The position numbers and the translations under genes were made by a program. A stretch of DNA of 56,234 bases, taken from the NCBI GenBank assembly GCA_045535235.1, contig JAZSLG010000021.1:1-56234 (forward strand), given 5' to 3'. Below, piece by piece: positions 39,101 through 47,720 of this stretch (its first letter is position 1; each line of letters begins with the position of its first letter). The notes beneath the pieces were generated by a model. The model saw only the letters and a program-made list of their open reading frames with translations. It was not told the origin of the DNA and did no database searches. This DNA is from Candidatus Stercoripulliclostridium sp. Its GTDB lineage: Bacteria; Bacillota; Clostridia; Christensenellales; DTU072.

Positions 39101-41925
39101 TCTATACTCGTTGTTACGCTCTCTTTTTCTATCGTTGCACCTTCACCAATATTCAAAACTACATTGTATTCTATCGGTGCCCATTTTGCGTATAAGACAA
39201 TTGATTTTTCAATTTTCTCGCTAAAATCAAACGGGCTTGAATTATTTGAATTTTGCAAGTACCAATGTTTAAAAATATAATGCTCTTTTACTGGATTGAC
39301 TGGCTCTGAAACACAATGACCATAAATGACATAGTGATCGTCATCTGGCAAATACTCTTCTCCATTGTCATACATAAACGTTACTTTATATTTTATGGGT
39401 TCCCAGTATGCAGTTATTACTAGATCTGACGTAACCGCATCTGTTTCAAAATTAAATTGACGATATGTTCCTTCGTAATAGTAACGCCAGTACTTAATTC
39501 TAAATCCTTCTTCGATTTCATCGTTCTTTAAATTTTTTTCAACCTTTTCACCACTTTCGGTGTAAACATCTACTATCAATGGCTCACTTAGGTTAGTGGC
39601 GCCTTCCGTTATTTCTTTTACAATTAGGTCATACTTCAATCCAAATTGCTCTAAATTTGCATCCAGCGTAACTTCATATTTCCTTTTAATTCTTAACACT
39701 ACAGTTTTGCGTCCACGGCCATATCTAATGTTTAAAACAACTTGTGCGTTAGGCTCCGTTATCTCACTCGCATGCTTGATTCTTAATTTGATCGTATTTG
39801 TTCCTTCGCTGTCAAATTCTGCATATTGCTTACTTTCTTCTGAAAGACTAAAAGACGGGCTATAAAGAGTATATTCATTTTCAGCGTCACAACTTACAGC
39901 AATATCATAAGATGCACCACTACCAACATAAAAAACTTCATCATCTTTGTACGTTTTGGAGCCAATGGATACGCTCTCAATTTTTTTAGGCACACCCATC
40001 TCTTTAAGCCCAATGGATTCTCTAAGAGTTTCCAAATTATCATCACCGTATTCCATAAACCACGCTTCTAGTTGATCTCTTCTAGAGTAGCACGTACCAC
40101 CATCTGGAAGCTCATAGCTTTTTTCTTCATTAACTTCTTGGGGAATAAGCGACCATATTGCACGTAACGAAGAAGAATCTTTTACCCCCATTACTACCGG
40201 ATTCGTGTTAAGAGAATTACTCCAATCAGCATAATTTTCAACAATTTTGTCAATAGAAGTCATGTTAGCATATCCAGCGCCACCGTAAATGTATATACTT
40301 TGTTCCGTAGATATGCCACTTTGAGCCATTTTTTCATTAATTTCCTGTTCATAAGAAACAGCACCCTCCACACGGATGCCTTTATAAGATGCCCCTATTT
40401 TAGCTGATACATCCGTGTATGTATGGGTATCGACTATTTTATCATAACTAGACATATTATAGTTTGCAATAATTCTACCACCCATTGCAACACTAGTGAT
40501 AAAGTGTGTTCCATAACGTTCAAATATTTCAATAGGATGTAAATCGCTATTAATATCGTTGATAAAATTCTGGCTTAAACAACGCACGTATGTATCTTCT
40601 ACTTCATATTTATTTTCTAGATTGTTGTAGTCAGCAGTATCATTCTTATCTTTAGGCTGCATTGCAATATAAAATCTATTTTCTGTAATAATAACCCCAG
40701 TATAATATCTAGATAAAGCTTCATCTGAAGTGGTTTTATAATCTCTAGAAACATCAGCCGCGCCACTTACAATTTTCTTATATTTTGCTGACACATTAAC
40801 GTTCAAATTACTATTATAACTACTTGCAAAAGTTTCTACGTCTGAACTATGAAAATAGTTATTTGAATAAGCTCCCGAATTAAATTTCACAAGACGCGTG
40901 TTTTCACGTAATAAATCGATATCAAAAATAGGATTACTTATCATAATAGTACGATCACTTACCATCGCATGATTTATCATGTTAATTCCATAGCTCAAAA
41001 TTGATTCATTTTGGTTCAAATCCTCAAATTGTGAAAAAGTAAGCGTTTCATTTAAAGAATTTGCATTGAGATCAATTACATATTCGATGGTGAATTCCGA
41101 ATCCGAATAATTGACATTATCCGCTAAAGCTTTAATTTTGACAATATATGTAGTATCCCTATTGAGTGTGGACATATCAAAGCGATTTGTTATAGCGGGA
41201 TAGTCTACACCATTTAAACTAACAATGTAACCAACAGCATTATCTACAGCCGTCCAATTTAAAACCCCATCCGTAACTTGTGGCTCTGTTGGTAAAAATA
41301 AAGGAGGAAGATTCGTAGGAGTATAACTGTATGGTTTAGAATACTCACTAGAATCAAAACTAAAACCAGAATCGATTGCTTTAACCTTTAGTGAATAAGT
41401 AAAGCCAACCTGTAGAAATGAAACATCAAATGATGTAGTGCTTACAGCATCATATTCGACCCCATCTATAGAAACCACATAACTATCGGCATGTGCCACA
41501 GCACTCCATGTAAGTTTTCTTCCACTAACATCAAGATTTTGTGGAATAGCAAGAGTACCCTCAAAAAAAGCTTCATGTACGTATTCTATCGGATCAGAGT
41601 ACCAAGAGTCGTTATATAAACCTAAAGTATTTCTTGCTTTAACTTTTAATAGATATGTTTTACCTATTTCAAGACCCTCTAATTGATAAGAAATGGCATT
41701 GCCAACTACGGCGACATCAGTACCATCAATATTAACCACGTAATCATTTGCATGATTAACAGTACTCCACTTTAAAATGCCCTTTTCAACCACAAGTCCC
41801 GATGGTTGAGCAAGTTGCCTAGTAGCAGTAGTACCATCACCCAAAGCATCACAAGCTGTCATCGCTATTAATAGAATAGAAATTAGAAAAATGACAAATA
41901 TCAATGAAAGGGTTCTCTTTTTCAT
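36169..41925 (-). CDS. large lipoprotein: FnIII-like repeats, MACPF domain, InlB B-repeat (Listeria-Bacteroides)-like stalk
   Basis: Signal peptide ending LIAMTAC (lipobox); three ~80-aa W..V..A..Y repeats; MACPF signature YGTHFITSVAMGG; repeated P.KEGY.F.GWY...LYAKW units; start at ATG 41925 (SD GGAGGTG). Confidence 0.85.
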   Translation of the reverse strand: MKKRTLSLIFVIFLISILLIAMTACDALGDGTTATRQLAQPSGLVVEKGILKWSTVNHANDYVVNIDGTDVAVVGNAISYQLEGLEIGKTYLLKVKARNTLGLYNDSWYSDPIEYVHEAFFEGTLAIPQNLDVSGRKLTWSAVAHADSYVVSIDGVEYDAVSTTSFDVSFLQVGFTYSLKVKAIDSGFSFDSSEYSKPYSYTPTNLPPLFLPTEPQVTDGVLNWTAVDNAVGYIVSLNGVDYPAITNRFDMSTLNRDTTYIVKIKALADNVNYSDSEFTIEYVIDLNANSLNETLTFSQFEDLNQNESILSYGINMINHAMVSDRTIMISNPIFDIDLLRENTRLVKFNSGAYSNNYFHSSDVETFASSYNSNLNVNVSAKYKKIVSGAADVSRDYKTTSDEALSRYYTGVIITENRFYIAMQPKDKNDTADYNNLENKYEVEDTYVRCLSQNFINDINSDLHPIEIFERYGTHFITSVAMGGRIIANYNMSSYDKIVDTHTYTDVSAKIGASYKGIRVEGAVSYEQEINEKMAQSGISTEQSIYIYGGAGYANMTSIDKIVENYADWSNSLNTNPVVMGVKDSSSLRAIWSLIPQEVNEEKSYELPDGGTCYSRRDQLEAWFMEYGDDNLETLRESIGLKEMGVPKKIESVSIGSKTYKDDEVFYVGSGASYDIAVSCDAENEYTLYSPSFSLSEESKQYAEFDSEGTNTIKLRIKHASEITEPNAQVVLNIRYGRGRKTVVLRIKRKYEVTLDANLEQFGLKYDLIVKEITEGATNLSEPLIVDVYTESGEKVEKNLKNDEIEEGFRIKYWRYYYEGTYRQFNFETDAVTSDLVITAYWEPIKYKVTFMYDNGEEYLPDDDHYVIYGHCVSEPVNPVKEHYIFKHWYLQNSNNSSPFDFSEKIEKSIVLYAKWAPIEYNVVLNIGEGATIEKESVTTSIENGFTISPGVPIREHYVFSHWTLQNGEEFDITQYEFKKNTIINAQYTAKQYNVVFTSSIDSNYYLSKKVSVLTDFLLGESVSVPIVEGHEFSGWYLSDYVTRIEDLYAYQFKQNTTLVAKFTKKSFVVKFNTNGGSENVQNSLATQTVEYGSWADEPTSNPQKEGYYFKGWCTDVNDVDNTMFTFSKKIDSDIILYAVWSEEEVVFLTVYKDYDYVIDTNSNSSVMETTSIQGKPMGILCDSPSRDGYDFDGWYIVADGEENKVDSTFVINEENTVFKAKWTKKSFAISYYYDGKVQDICTFLFEETIKYKDLPEKEGWTYSAWVTEGILPEIMPNRSFTVYTTATINNYQITYLSNYPVEDLVSVVLKTEQYVYGQTITPTVHLGDESNYVGYKFTGWSYLQDENWIDFEIGKTMPSMNLTMRANWSKNQFKLKVFSSYDDFQNNNNYQQVMVYYDENLKEFLQREENIYIKENLQIMQGYQFKEWNLNESFYMPAEELSIWAISEGVEVQISLHCGCGLHTNTVFFRYNDYLLASLMESKIGFNCENYVYDKDSNWEYDNGELVKDDATVPLVDSIILYAVCSKIVDTSNPQQFILQKRSTKEFSYYPNDFKKLNTKILGQYATSVKLLIEYEIDENSAKYSLGNAEHNIVIKKTNGDVLKTENNLPYTNKMFEAEVEYNDFCNGIIVILESEHYVNNQQFYDFTITAVINCAYTLMMYMYSDDGSYYKSSFVACGNNFLDTDFISAPSLLQIPVGWVANETDDNGAVWRYKNKDGENKVAVNKGTTTQTVNKETLFGDFGGERVCAIYCLIKRKAISINLDDVTSINHTLEDEVIPTSQQRSIDLLDIKKEMMTGEGTKIYSITISFKATEIDDGYQEFYLTTGKKVTSGGADKDMSNDNPVTCTDGKLLYSKNDISTNGEGKGSATHSFTWLRIWSYNNIKDWEKIYLTFSAHGTQNDEWKASEIVVTITLGG

Positions 41926-41960
41926 AAAACCCACCTCCAGAATTAAATATATATATATTA

Positions 41961-42010
41961 TGATACAATTTTGTATCAGTCAAGTAGTATGTGATACTTT
42001 TTTGTATAAT
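41961..42010. promoter_or_regulatory. twin palindromic operators between the MACPF gene and XRE regulator
   Basis: TGATACAA-TT-TTGTATCA (41961-41978, perfect arms) and TGATACTT-TT-TTGTATAA (41992-42009). Confidence 0.75.
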
Positions 42011-42016
42011 TGGACT

Positions 42017-42229
42017 ATGGAATGCAATTTTTACAATAATAAAATTAAAGAATTAAGAATTGAAAAAGGGCTTTCTCAAAGAGAACTTGCTAAACAAACG
42101 GGCATTAAGCAAGCAAACATCTCTCGTTGGGAAGCAGGACAAGTCGTTCCCAACGTCATTGACGTGTGGACCTTAGCAAACTTCTTTGATTGCTCCATTG
42201 ATTATCTAGTCGGTAAAGACCCCTTTTAG
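42017..42229 (+). CDS. XRE-family HTH regulator (70 aa), probably leaderless
   Basis: IKELRIEKGLSQRELAK..ISRWEAG..LANFFDCSIDYLVG; TATAAT-6 nt-ATG. Confidence 0.9.
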   Translation: MECNFYNNKIKELRIEKGLSQRELAKQTGIKQANISRWEAGQVVPNVIDVWTLANFFDCSIDYLVGKDPF

Positions 42230-42237
42230 AAAACATG

Positions 42238-42263
42238 AAAGCCACTAAAAATTAGTGGCTTTT
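42238..42263. terminator. bidirectional intrinsic terminator
   Basis: AAAGCCACTAA-AAA-TTAGTGGCTTT between convergent genes. Confidence 0.8.
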
Positions 42264-42266
42264 CTT

Positions 42267-42587
42267 TTACATAAAATGAATTATTACTTCTACGATTAGC
42301 ACGGCTCCGGAGGCAAGCAATGCCGTCGTCACTAAACTCCTCTTGGTAAACGCAGAAATTAACGCTACCCCGGTACCTATCCCAGCACTTAATAGATGTC
42401 CCGAAGAATACATTATAAACGGGAAGGTCATTGCCGATAATACCGCATACGGAATATAGTACAAAAGTGAGTTTATAAAACGATTTTTTATCTTCTTTTT
42501 GAACAAAATCATTGGTATTAGCCTAATAAGATAGGTTATCACCGCCATTGCAAGCACCATTAGAAAGGAGTATAATATCTTATCCAT
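42267..42587 (-). CDS. azlD: AzlD family amino-acid exporter small subunit
   Basis: MAVITYLIRLIP, LYYIPYAVLSAM; follows azlC. Confidence 0.85.
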   Translation of the reverse strand: MDKILYSFLMVLAMAVITYLIRLIPMILFKKKIKNRFINSLLYYIPYAVLSAMTFPFIMYSSGHLLSAGIGTGVALISAFTKRSLVTTALLASGAVLIVEVIIHFM

Positions 42588-43308
42588 TACGCCCCTCCTC
42601 GCTTTCATTTTCCTCTTTTATCGGGAAGAAAATCGCGCCCACCAATGACGCCACAATAGCACAAATAATATAGGCTATGCCACTAGAAACCGTATTTAGC
42701 ACCGGCGTGAAATAAAACAAACACGAAAGAGCTATGCTTACGGCGACCACGATAAATACTTTTTTGTCTTGCATCCCTGCCGGCACCACTATTGCTATGA
42801 ACATAGCATAAAGCGCAATATTCAAGGAATTTAGTATGATTTCCGGCAAAAAGTTGCCCGCTATAGCTCCCGTCAGCGTCCCTAAAGTCCAAAATACTAC
42901 GGGTAAAAGGATGAGTCCGTACATATACTCCCTGGACACAGCTTGCTTCTTGGATATCGCTACGCCAAAAATTTCGTCCGTTATGCCATAGGACACCAAA
43001 AATCTATCTAACAACGTAAATTTTTCGTCCAACCTTTGCGACAACGTTATGCTCATTAAAAAATATCTCGAGTTGATAACTAACTGGGTAAGAAGTATTT
43101 CAAATACGCTTCCCATCGCAAGTATAACCGTGGCACCTGCAAACTGCCCCGCCGACGTCAAATTGGTAAAAGACATCACAGTTGCAATATACCACTTGAG
43201 TCCCCCGCTTACCACCGATACACCAAAAGCAAAGGATACTGCAAAGTATCCCAGCGCAATCGGTATTCCGTCCTTTAGACCTTGTTTATAAGTGAGTTTC
43301 TCGTTCAT
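42580..43308 (-). CDS. azlC: AzlC family amino-acid exporter large subunit
   Basis: GIPIALGYFAVSFAFG, SAGQFAG, INSRYFLMS, ITDEIF. Confidence 0.9.
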   Translation of the reverse strand: MNEKLTYKQGLKDGIPIALGYFAVSFAFGVSVVSGGLKWYIATVMSFTNLTSAGQFAGATVILAMGSVFEILLTQLVINSRYFLMSITLSQRLDEKFTLLDRFLVSYGITDEIFGVAISKKQAVSREYMYGLILLPVVFWTLGTLTGAIAGNFLPEIILNSLNIALYAMFIAIVVPAGMQDKKVFIVVAVSIALSCLFYFTPVLNTVSSGIAYIICAIVASLVGAIFFPIKEENESEEGRNG

Positions 43309-43323
43309 TTTTGATTTTTGTGG

Positions 43324-44559
43324 CTATTTTAGCAATTCGATTATATCTTTTACTGCCTCTTGTACGATGGTAGTAGCATCCGTTTTTATAGTTATGTCCG
43401 CGGTTTCACGATATATGGGTTCACGCTCCAAATACAGCTTTTGTACACCGAATTCTTTGGACAAAGGTCTACCGTCTGTTGGCAGTAAACTAATATCCCT
43501 ATCAATAAATAACACGGTGCCGTTGGCTCGTAGGAGCTTGCGATTATTCTCCCTAAGCACTGCGCCACCACCCGTTGCGATTACCACACCTAGCTTTGCT
43601 GAAAGAGAGGCTACTACCTCACTTTCCATATCCCTAAAGGTGGACTCGCCCTTTTCCAAGATTATATCTTTTGGAGTAGCTCCAAAAGTTTCTTCAAAAA
43701 CCTTATCGGTATCGTAAAACTCCTTGTTTAACGCCCTTGCAATCAGCCTACCATAGGTAGATTTTCCTGACCCGGGCATACCTATCAACACCAAATTTTT
43801 CTTTTCGCTATATATATCGTTTAAGAGTTTTTGGGCAACCTTATCAGTTACTTTGGTATCTGTATATAGCTCATAAGCTTTTATACCTTGCCAAATTAAC
43901 ATGTTGAGTCCGTTACCGCATTTTAGTCCCAAACTCCTTGCTTCGTTAATTAAAGCAGTCGTAAGCGGATTATATACTACGTCATAAACTTCCTTAACGC
44001 TTGGTAGTTTACTAAGCTTTATGACTTGCTCGTTTATGTGCGGGAACATTCCTACAGGAGTCGTGTTAATAATCACCTCGGCACAACCATCTTCATAAAG
44101 TTGGGAATAGCTATAATCACCACTGCGAGAGCAAGTTTTAATCTCCTTAGCTCCCGCCTTTTTACAAACGTAATTAACACATTTGGAAGTCCCACCACTT
44201 CCCAGTATAGCAACAACTTTGCCTTTTACGTCTATACCACATTCAAGCAAGCTCCTATCCACTCCGTAACAATCAGTATTATATCCGTAAAGTTTACCAT
44301 CTTTTTTAACAACCGTATTGACGGCTCCTATTTCTTTAGCCTCTGGAGAAATAACGTCTATGCAAGGAATCACCTTTTCTTTGTATGGTATGGTGACGTT
44401 AAAGCCATCGTAATCGCCCTCTTTAACCCATGCAATAAACTCCTCCTCGGTTGGAAACTCTTTAACACCGTAGTTTAGCCCCAAACGAATATAAATATCG
44501 GGGCTCATGGTATGAGGCAAACTTTTACCCGTTACGAAATACTTTCCTTTGAGTTCCAT
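43324..44559 (-). CDS. aroE: shikimate dehydrogenase-shikimate kinase fusion
   Basis: HTMSP, NVTIPYK, GAVNT, NTD, then LIGMPGSGKST, FRDMES, GGGAV. Confidence 0.92.
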   Translation of the reverse strand: MELKGKYFVTGKSLPHTMSPDIYIRLGLNYGVKEFPTEEEFIAWVKEGDYDGFNVTIPYKEKVIPCIDVISPEAKEIGAVNTVVKKDGKLYGYNTDCYGVDRSLLECGIDVKGKVVAILGSGGTSKCVNYVCKKAGAKEIKTCSRSGDYSYSQLYEDGCAEVIINTTPVGMFPHINEQVIKLSKLPSVKEVYDVVYNPLTTALINEARSLGLKCGNGLNMLIWQGIKAYELYTDTKVTDKVAQKLLNDIYSEKKNLVLIGMPGSGKSTYGRLIARALNKEFYDTDKVFEETFGATPKDIILEKGESTFRDMESEVVASLSAKLGVVIATGGGAVLRENNRKLLRANGTVLFIDRDISLLPTDGRPLSKEFGVQKLYLEREPIYRETADITIKTDATTIVQEAVKDIIELLK

Positions 44560-44562
44560 ATA

Positions 44563-45621
44563 TTAGTTACCCTTATATTCCAAATATTTATCGTAGACTG
44601 CTATTGCTACTGCGCTTTCAATGGTGGCAACGGCTCTTGGCACTATGCAAGCGTCGTGCCTACCTTTAACAGATAACTTCTCACTTTGCATCGTAAGAAG
44701 ATTTACGCTATCTTGCTCCTTTGCAATTGAAGGAGTAGGACGAATAGACACCCTTAAAGTAAGTGGCATGCCGTTAGTTAATCCACCGTTTATACCACCC
44801 GAATTATTCGTTAGGGTAATAATTCTTCCATCCTTTATGCTAAATTCATCGTTTGCAACCGAGCCGTTCATCCCACTTAGGTCAAATCCCGAGCCAAACT
44901 CGATGCCTTTCACTCCGGGAACACCAAATACGACGTATGAAATAGCACTTTCCATTCCTTCAAAAAGGTTATCACCCAATCCTACAGGTAAACCATATAC
45001 TATGCACTCAATAGTACCGCCAACGGAGTCTCCTTCGGCCTTTGCTTTCATTACCTCTTCCACCATTTGACTAGCATTGGAAAGAGTAGGTAACTCCTCT
45101 TTGTGCGCTAATTCTATCTCATTTATCGTTATAGCTGAATTTTTATATGATGTGCCGTTTATATTACCAATACTCGAAATATAGGCACCCAATTTTATAC
45201 CTTCACATTCCAATAATTCTTTCGTAATTGCTCCTGCAATACACAAAGGAGCAGTCATGCGTCCACTCCATTTCCCACCACCGGAAGGTATACTACCATA
45301 CTTTACGAAGGAAACGTAATCGGCGTGCGAGGGGCGAGGCACAGCTCTCACGTTATTATAATCTTGAGGGCGAGTATTTTGGTTATAAATCACAGCTTCA
45401 ATCTCTCCACAAACCGTGCCGTTCTCGATACCACGAAGGAAAACTACTTCGTCCTTTTCTAGTCTTGGAGTAGACCAAGGGGAACGCGTTGCACCGCGTC
45501 GCGCCAACATCTCTTCAATTTTGGCACAATCAATTTTTGTACCACAAGGGATTCCGTCTATTATAACTCCAATTTTATCCGCGTGTGATTCGCCGTAAAT
45601 TTCAACCTTTAATTTATTCAT
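44563..45621 (-). CDS. aroC: chorismate synthase
   Basis: GESH, RPSHAD, SGRMTA, GGINGG, GRHDAC. Confidence 0.95.
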   Translation of the reverse strand: MNKLKVEIYGESHADKIGVIIDGIPCGTKIDCAKIEEMLARRGATRSPWSTPRLEKDEVVFLRGIENGTVCGEIEAVIYNQNTRPQDYNNVRAVPRPSHADYVSFVKYGSIPSGGGKWSGRMTAPLCIAGAITKELLECEGIKLGAYISSIGNINGTSYKNSAITINEIELAHKEELPTLSNASQMVEEVMKAKAEGDSVGGTIECIVYGLPVGLGDNLFEGMESAISYVVFGVPGVKGIEFGSGFDLSGMNGSVANDEFSIKDGRIITLTNNSGGINGGLTNGMPLTLRVSIRPTPSIAKEQDSVNLLTMQSEKLSVKGRHDACIVPRAVATIESAVAIAVYDKYLEYKGN

Positions 45622-46861
45622 ATTTACCACCTAGTTTCTCAAAATCAATTAGGAAGTCGGGATACGATTTGGAAACGCATTCTACGCCCTCAACAATAGT
45701 TCCTGTGTCGCTAACCAATCCAAGTATAATGCCACTCATGGCAATCCTGTGGTCGCGTGCCGAATCAATTACCCCACCTTTAATATTCTTGGATCCCCAA
45801 ATTTTAATATGGTTTTCACCACTCTCTACCCTTACGCCACAAGCAGAAAGCATGTCGGTAACGGCTTTAACACGGTCACTTTCTTTTAACCTTAATCTAT
45901 GTGTGCCGGTTATTATAGATACCCCCTCTGCCAAAGCACAAGCAACGGCAAGGATGGGAACGATATCGGGAGAGCCATCTGCGTCAAAATTTATTGCTTT
46001 AAGTTGGCTTTTAGTCGCTTTAACGATTCCATTTTCATAACTGACCTTTCCACCCATTTGCTTTATTAAGGAAAGAATAATACTGTCGGGCTGATTATCG
46101 GGATATTCCAAGCCTTTTATGGCAATATCTCCGTTAAGAACTCCTGCGACTATCCAAAAACAAGCGCTGGACCAGTCGCCTTTTACCCTAATCTCTCTTG
46201 GTGCAATCATGCCGTTTGGGAGCGATACAGTGTAAACGTTGTCCTCAAAACTAACGATGACACCATACTTTTCAAGCACCCCTATCGTTATGTCGATATA
46301 CCCTTTTGAGGTTAGTTCACCATCTATTTTTAGGGTGCCACCACCAAGAGCAACCAAGGTAAAAAGAAGCCCTGTAACAAATTGGCTGGAAACACCGGCA
46401 TTAACGGAAAAGTGGTTGGAAACGTATTTACCCTTTACCTTTACGGGGAGAAAATCTTTGTCGACTCCTACGCCACACTCACTCATTGCATTTCTTAATG
46501 CACTAACCGGGCGCTCTCCTATTCTTCCTTCGCCTACCATACTAAATTCGCTTAGGTACGCAGGGAGTAATGGGAGCAGAAAACGCATGGTAGAACCACT
46601 CTCGTTAACGTTAAAAATTTTGGATTTTGGACTAAGGTTTTTTGCGTCTATTATAGCGCCTTTTTCCCTACGTTCTACTGTAGCGCCCAAAGCCTCCATA
46701 CAGTCAAGCGTTGCAATTATATCTTTTGATTTTAGGTTACCTAAAATGGAAGAACGAGCGCCTGAAACGACACTCGCTATAATCATGCGATGAGCTACCG
46801 ACTTTGACGAAGGGATGGTTACTTCGCCGATTAAACTTCCACTTTTGACACAAACGTTCAT
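45614..46861 (-). CDS. aroA: EPSP synthase
   Basis: SKSVAHR, ESGSTMRF, SSQFVTG, LRLKESDR, DHRIAM, KSYPDF. Confidence 0.95.
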   Translation of the reverse strand: MNVCVKSGSLIGEVTIPSSKSVAHRMIIASVVSGARSSILGNLKSKDIIATLDCMEALGATVERREKGAIIDAKNLSPKSKIFNVNESGSTMRFLLPLLPAYLSEFSMVGEGRIGERPVSALRNAMSECGVGVDKDFLPVKVKGKYVSNHFSVNAGVSSQFVTGLLFTLVALGGGTLKIDGELTSKGYIDITIGVLEKYGVIVSFEDNVYTVSLPNGMIAPREIRVKGDWSSACFWIVAGVLNGDIAIKGLEYPDNQPDSIILSLIKQMGGKVSYENGIVKATKSQLKAINFDADGSPDIVPILAVACALAEGVSIITGTHRLRLKESDRVKAVTDMLSACGVRVESGENHIKIWGSKNIKGGVIDSARDHRIAMSGIILGLVSDTGTIVEGVECVSKSYPDFLIDFEKLGGKYE

Positions 46862-47718
46862 TATCTTTTTTCCCTTGCTTTTTTATCGGCTATTTCTTTT
46901 TTCTCGGTACCGTCTTGAAGTAGCTCCATCAACTTTTCCTCGTCATCGTTTTGAATAGCACTCTTGTACTCTGCAATTCTGAGTTGTAAGTCGTCGATGG
47001 CTTCTAAGAGATATTTTTTATTTGCTAAAAATAGTTCCGTCCACATGGGAGCGTTCAACTTTGCTACCCTAGTTAAATCTCTAAAAGAGCCTGCGGAATA
47101 CCCCACGTGATCAGCGGATAAAGGATTTTTTATATAAGAGGAAGATACAACGTGCGCCAACTGAGAGGTATAGGCAATAATCTTATCGTGCTTCTCGTAG
47201 CCGGATATAGTTATGCCTTCGCATTTTACTTCCATAAAAAATTCTTTCATTCTTTCCAAGGCGCAAATGTCATCCATATCAACGGGAGTTAATATGATAT
47301 AGGCTCGCTCAAATAGAGTTGCCGTAGAGTGCGACACGCCGGAAAATTCTCTCCCTGCCATAGGATGTCCGCCCACGAAGAAAACGTCCTCTCTCGTTTG
47401 CTTGAGTGCTTCCATTTTCTTTATGACGTCCTTTTTAATACCGGCACAGTCCATTATTATCGCTCCGCTTTTTATACGCGGAACGACGCTATCAAGTATT
47501 TTTAACGTTGCCCTAGGATTGGTTGCTATAATTAAAATATCAACGTCGATTTGGGGGGCATCGATATCCAAAATATCGTGATAGGCATTTATTAGCGCGC
47601 CCTTCTTGAGCACCTCGTCGCTAATATCGTAGGCAAGAACGGTATGCTCGGTATTGCGCATAATTTGTCTTGCAAGAGATCCACCTATTAATCCCAGACC
47701 AACTACTCCAACTTTCAT
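46861..47718 (-). CDS. tyrA: prephenate dehydrogenase
   Basis: GLGLIGGS, GGHPMAG, HD...AYTSQLAH, FRDLTRVA. Confidence 0.92.
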   Translation of the reverse strand: MKVGVVGLGLIGGSLARQIMRNTEHTVLAYDISDEVLKKGALINAYHDILDIDAPQIDVDILIIATNPRATLKILDSVVPRIKSGAIIMDCAGIKKDVIKKMEALKQTREDVFFVGGHPMAGREFSGVSHSTATLFERAYIILTPVDMDDICALERMKEFFMEVKCEGITISGYEKHDKIIAYTSQLAHVVSSSYIKNPLSADHVGYSAGSFRDLTRVAKLNAPMWTELFLANKKYLLEAIDDLQLRIAEYKSAIQNDDEEKLMELLQDGTEKKEIADKKAREKR

Positions 47719-47720
47719 TC

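Noticed and set aside
36100-42263. MACPF-XRE cassette as a defined mobile element
   Set aside because: No recombinase, att-like direct repeats or terminal inverted repeats found by eye; horizontal origin remains an inference.
43324-44559. AroE-AroK fusion as a novelty
   Set aside because: This fusion is common in Clostridia; listed as a feature only.
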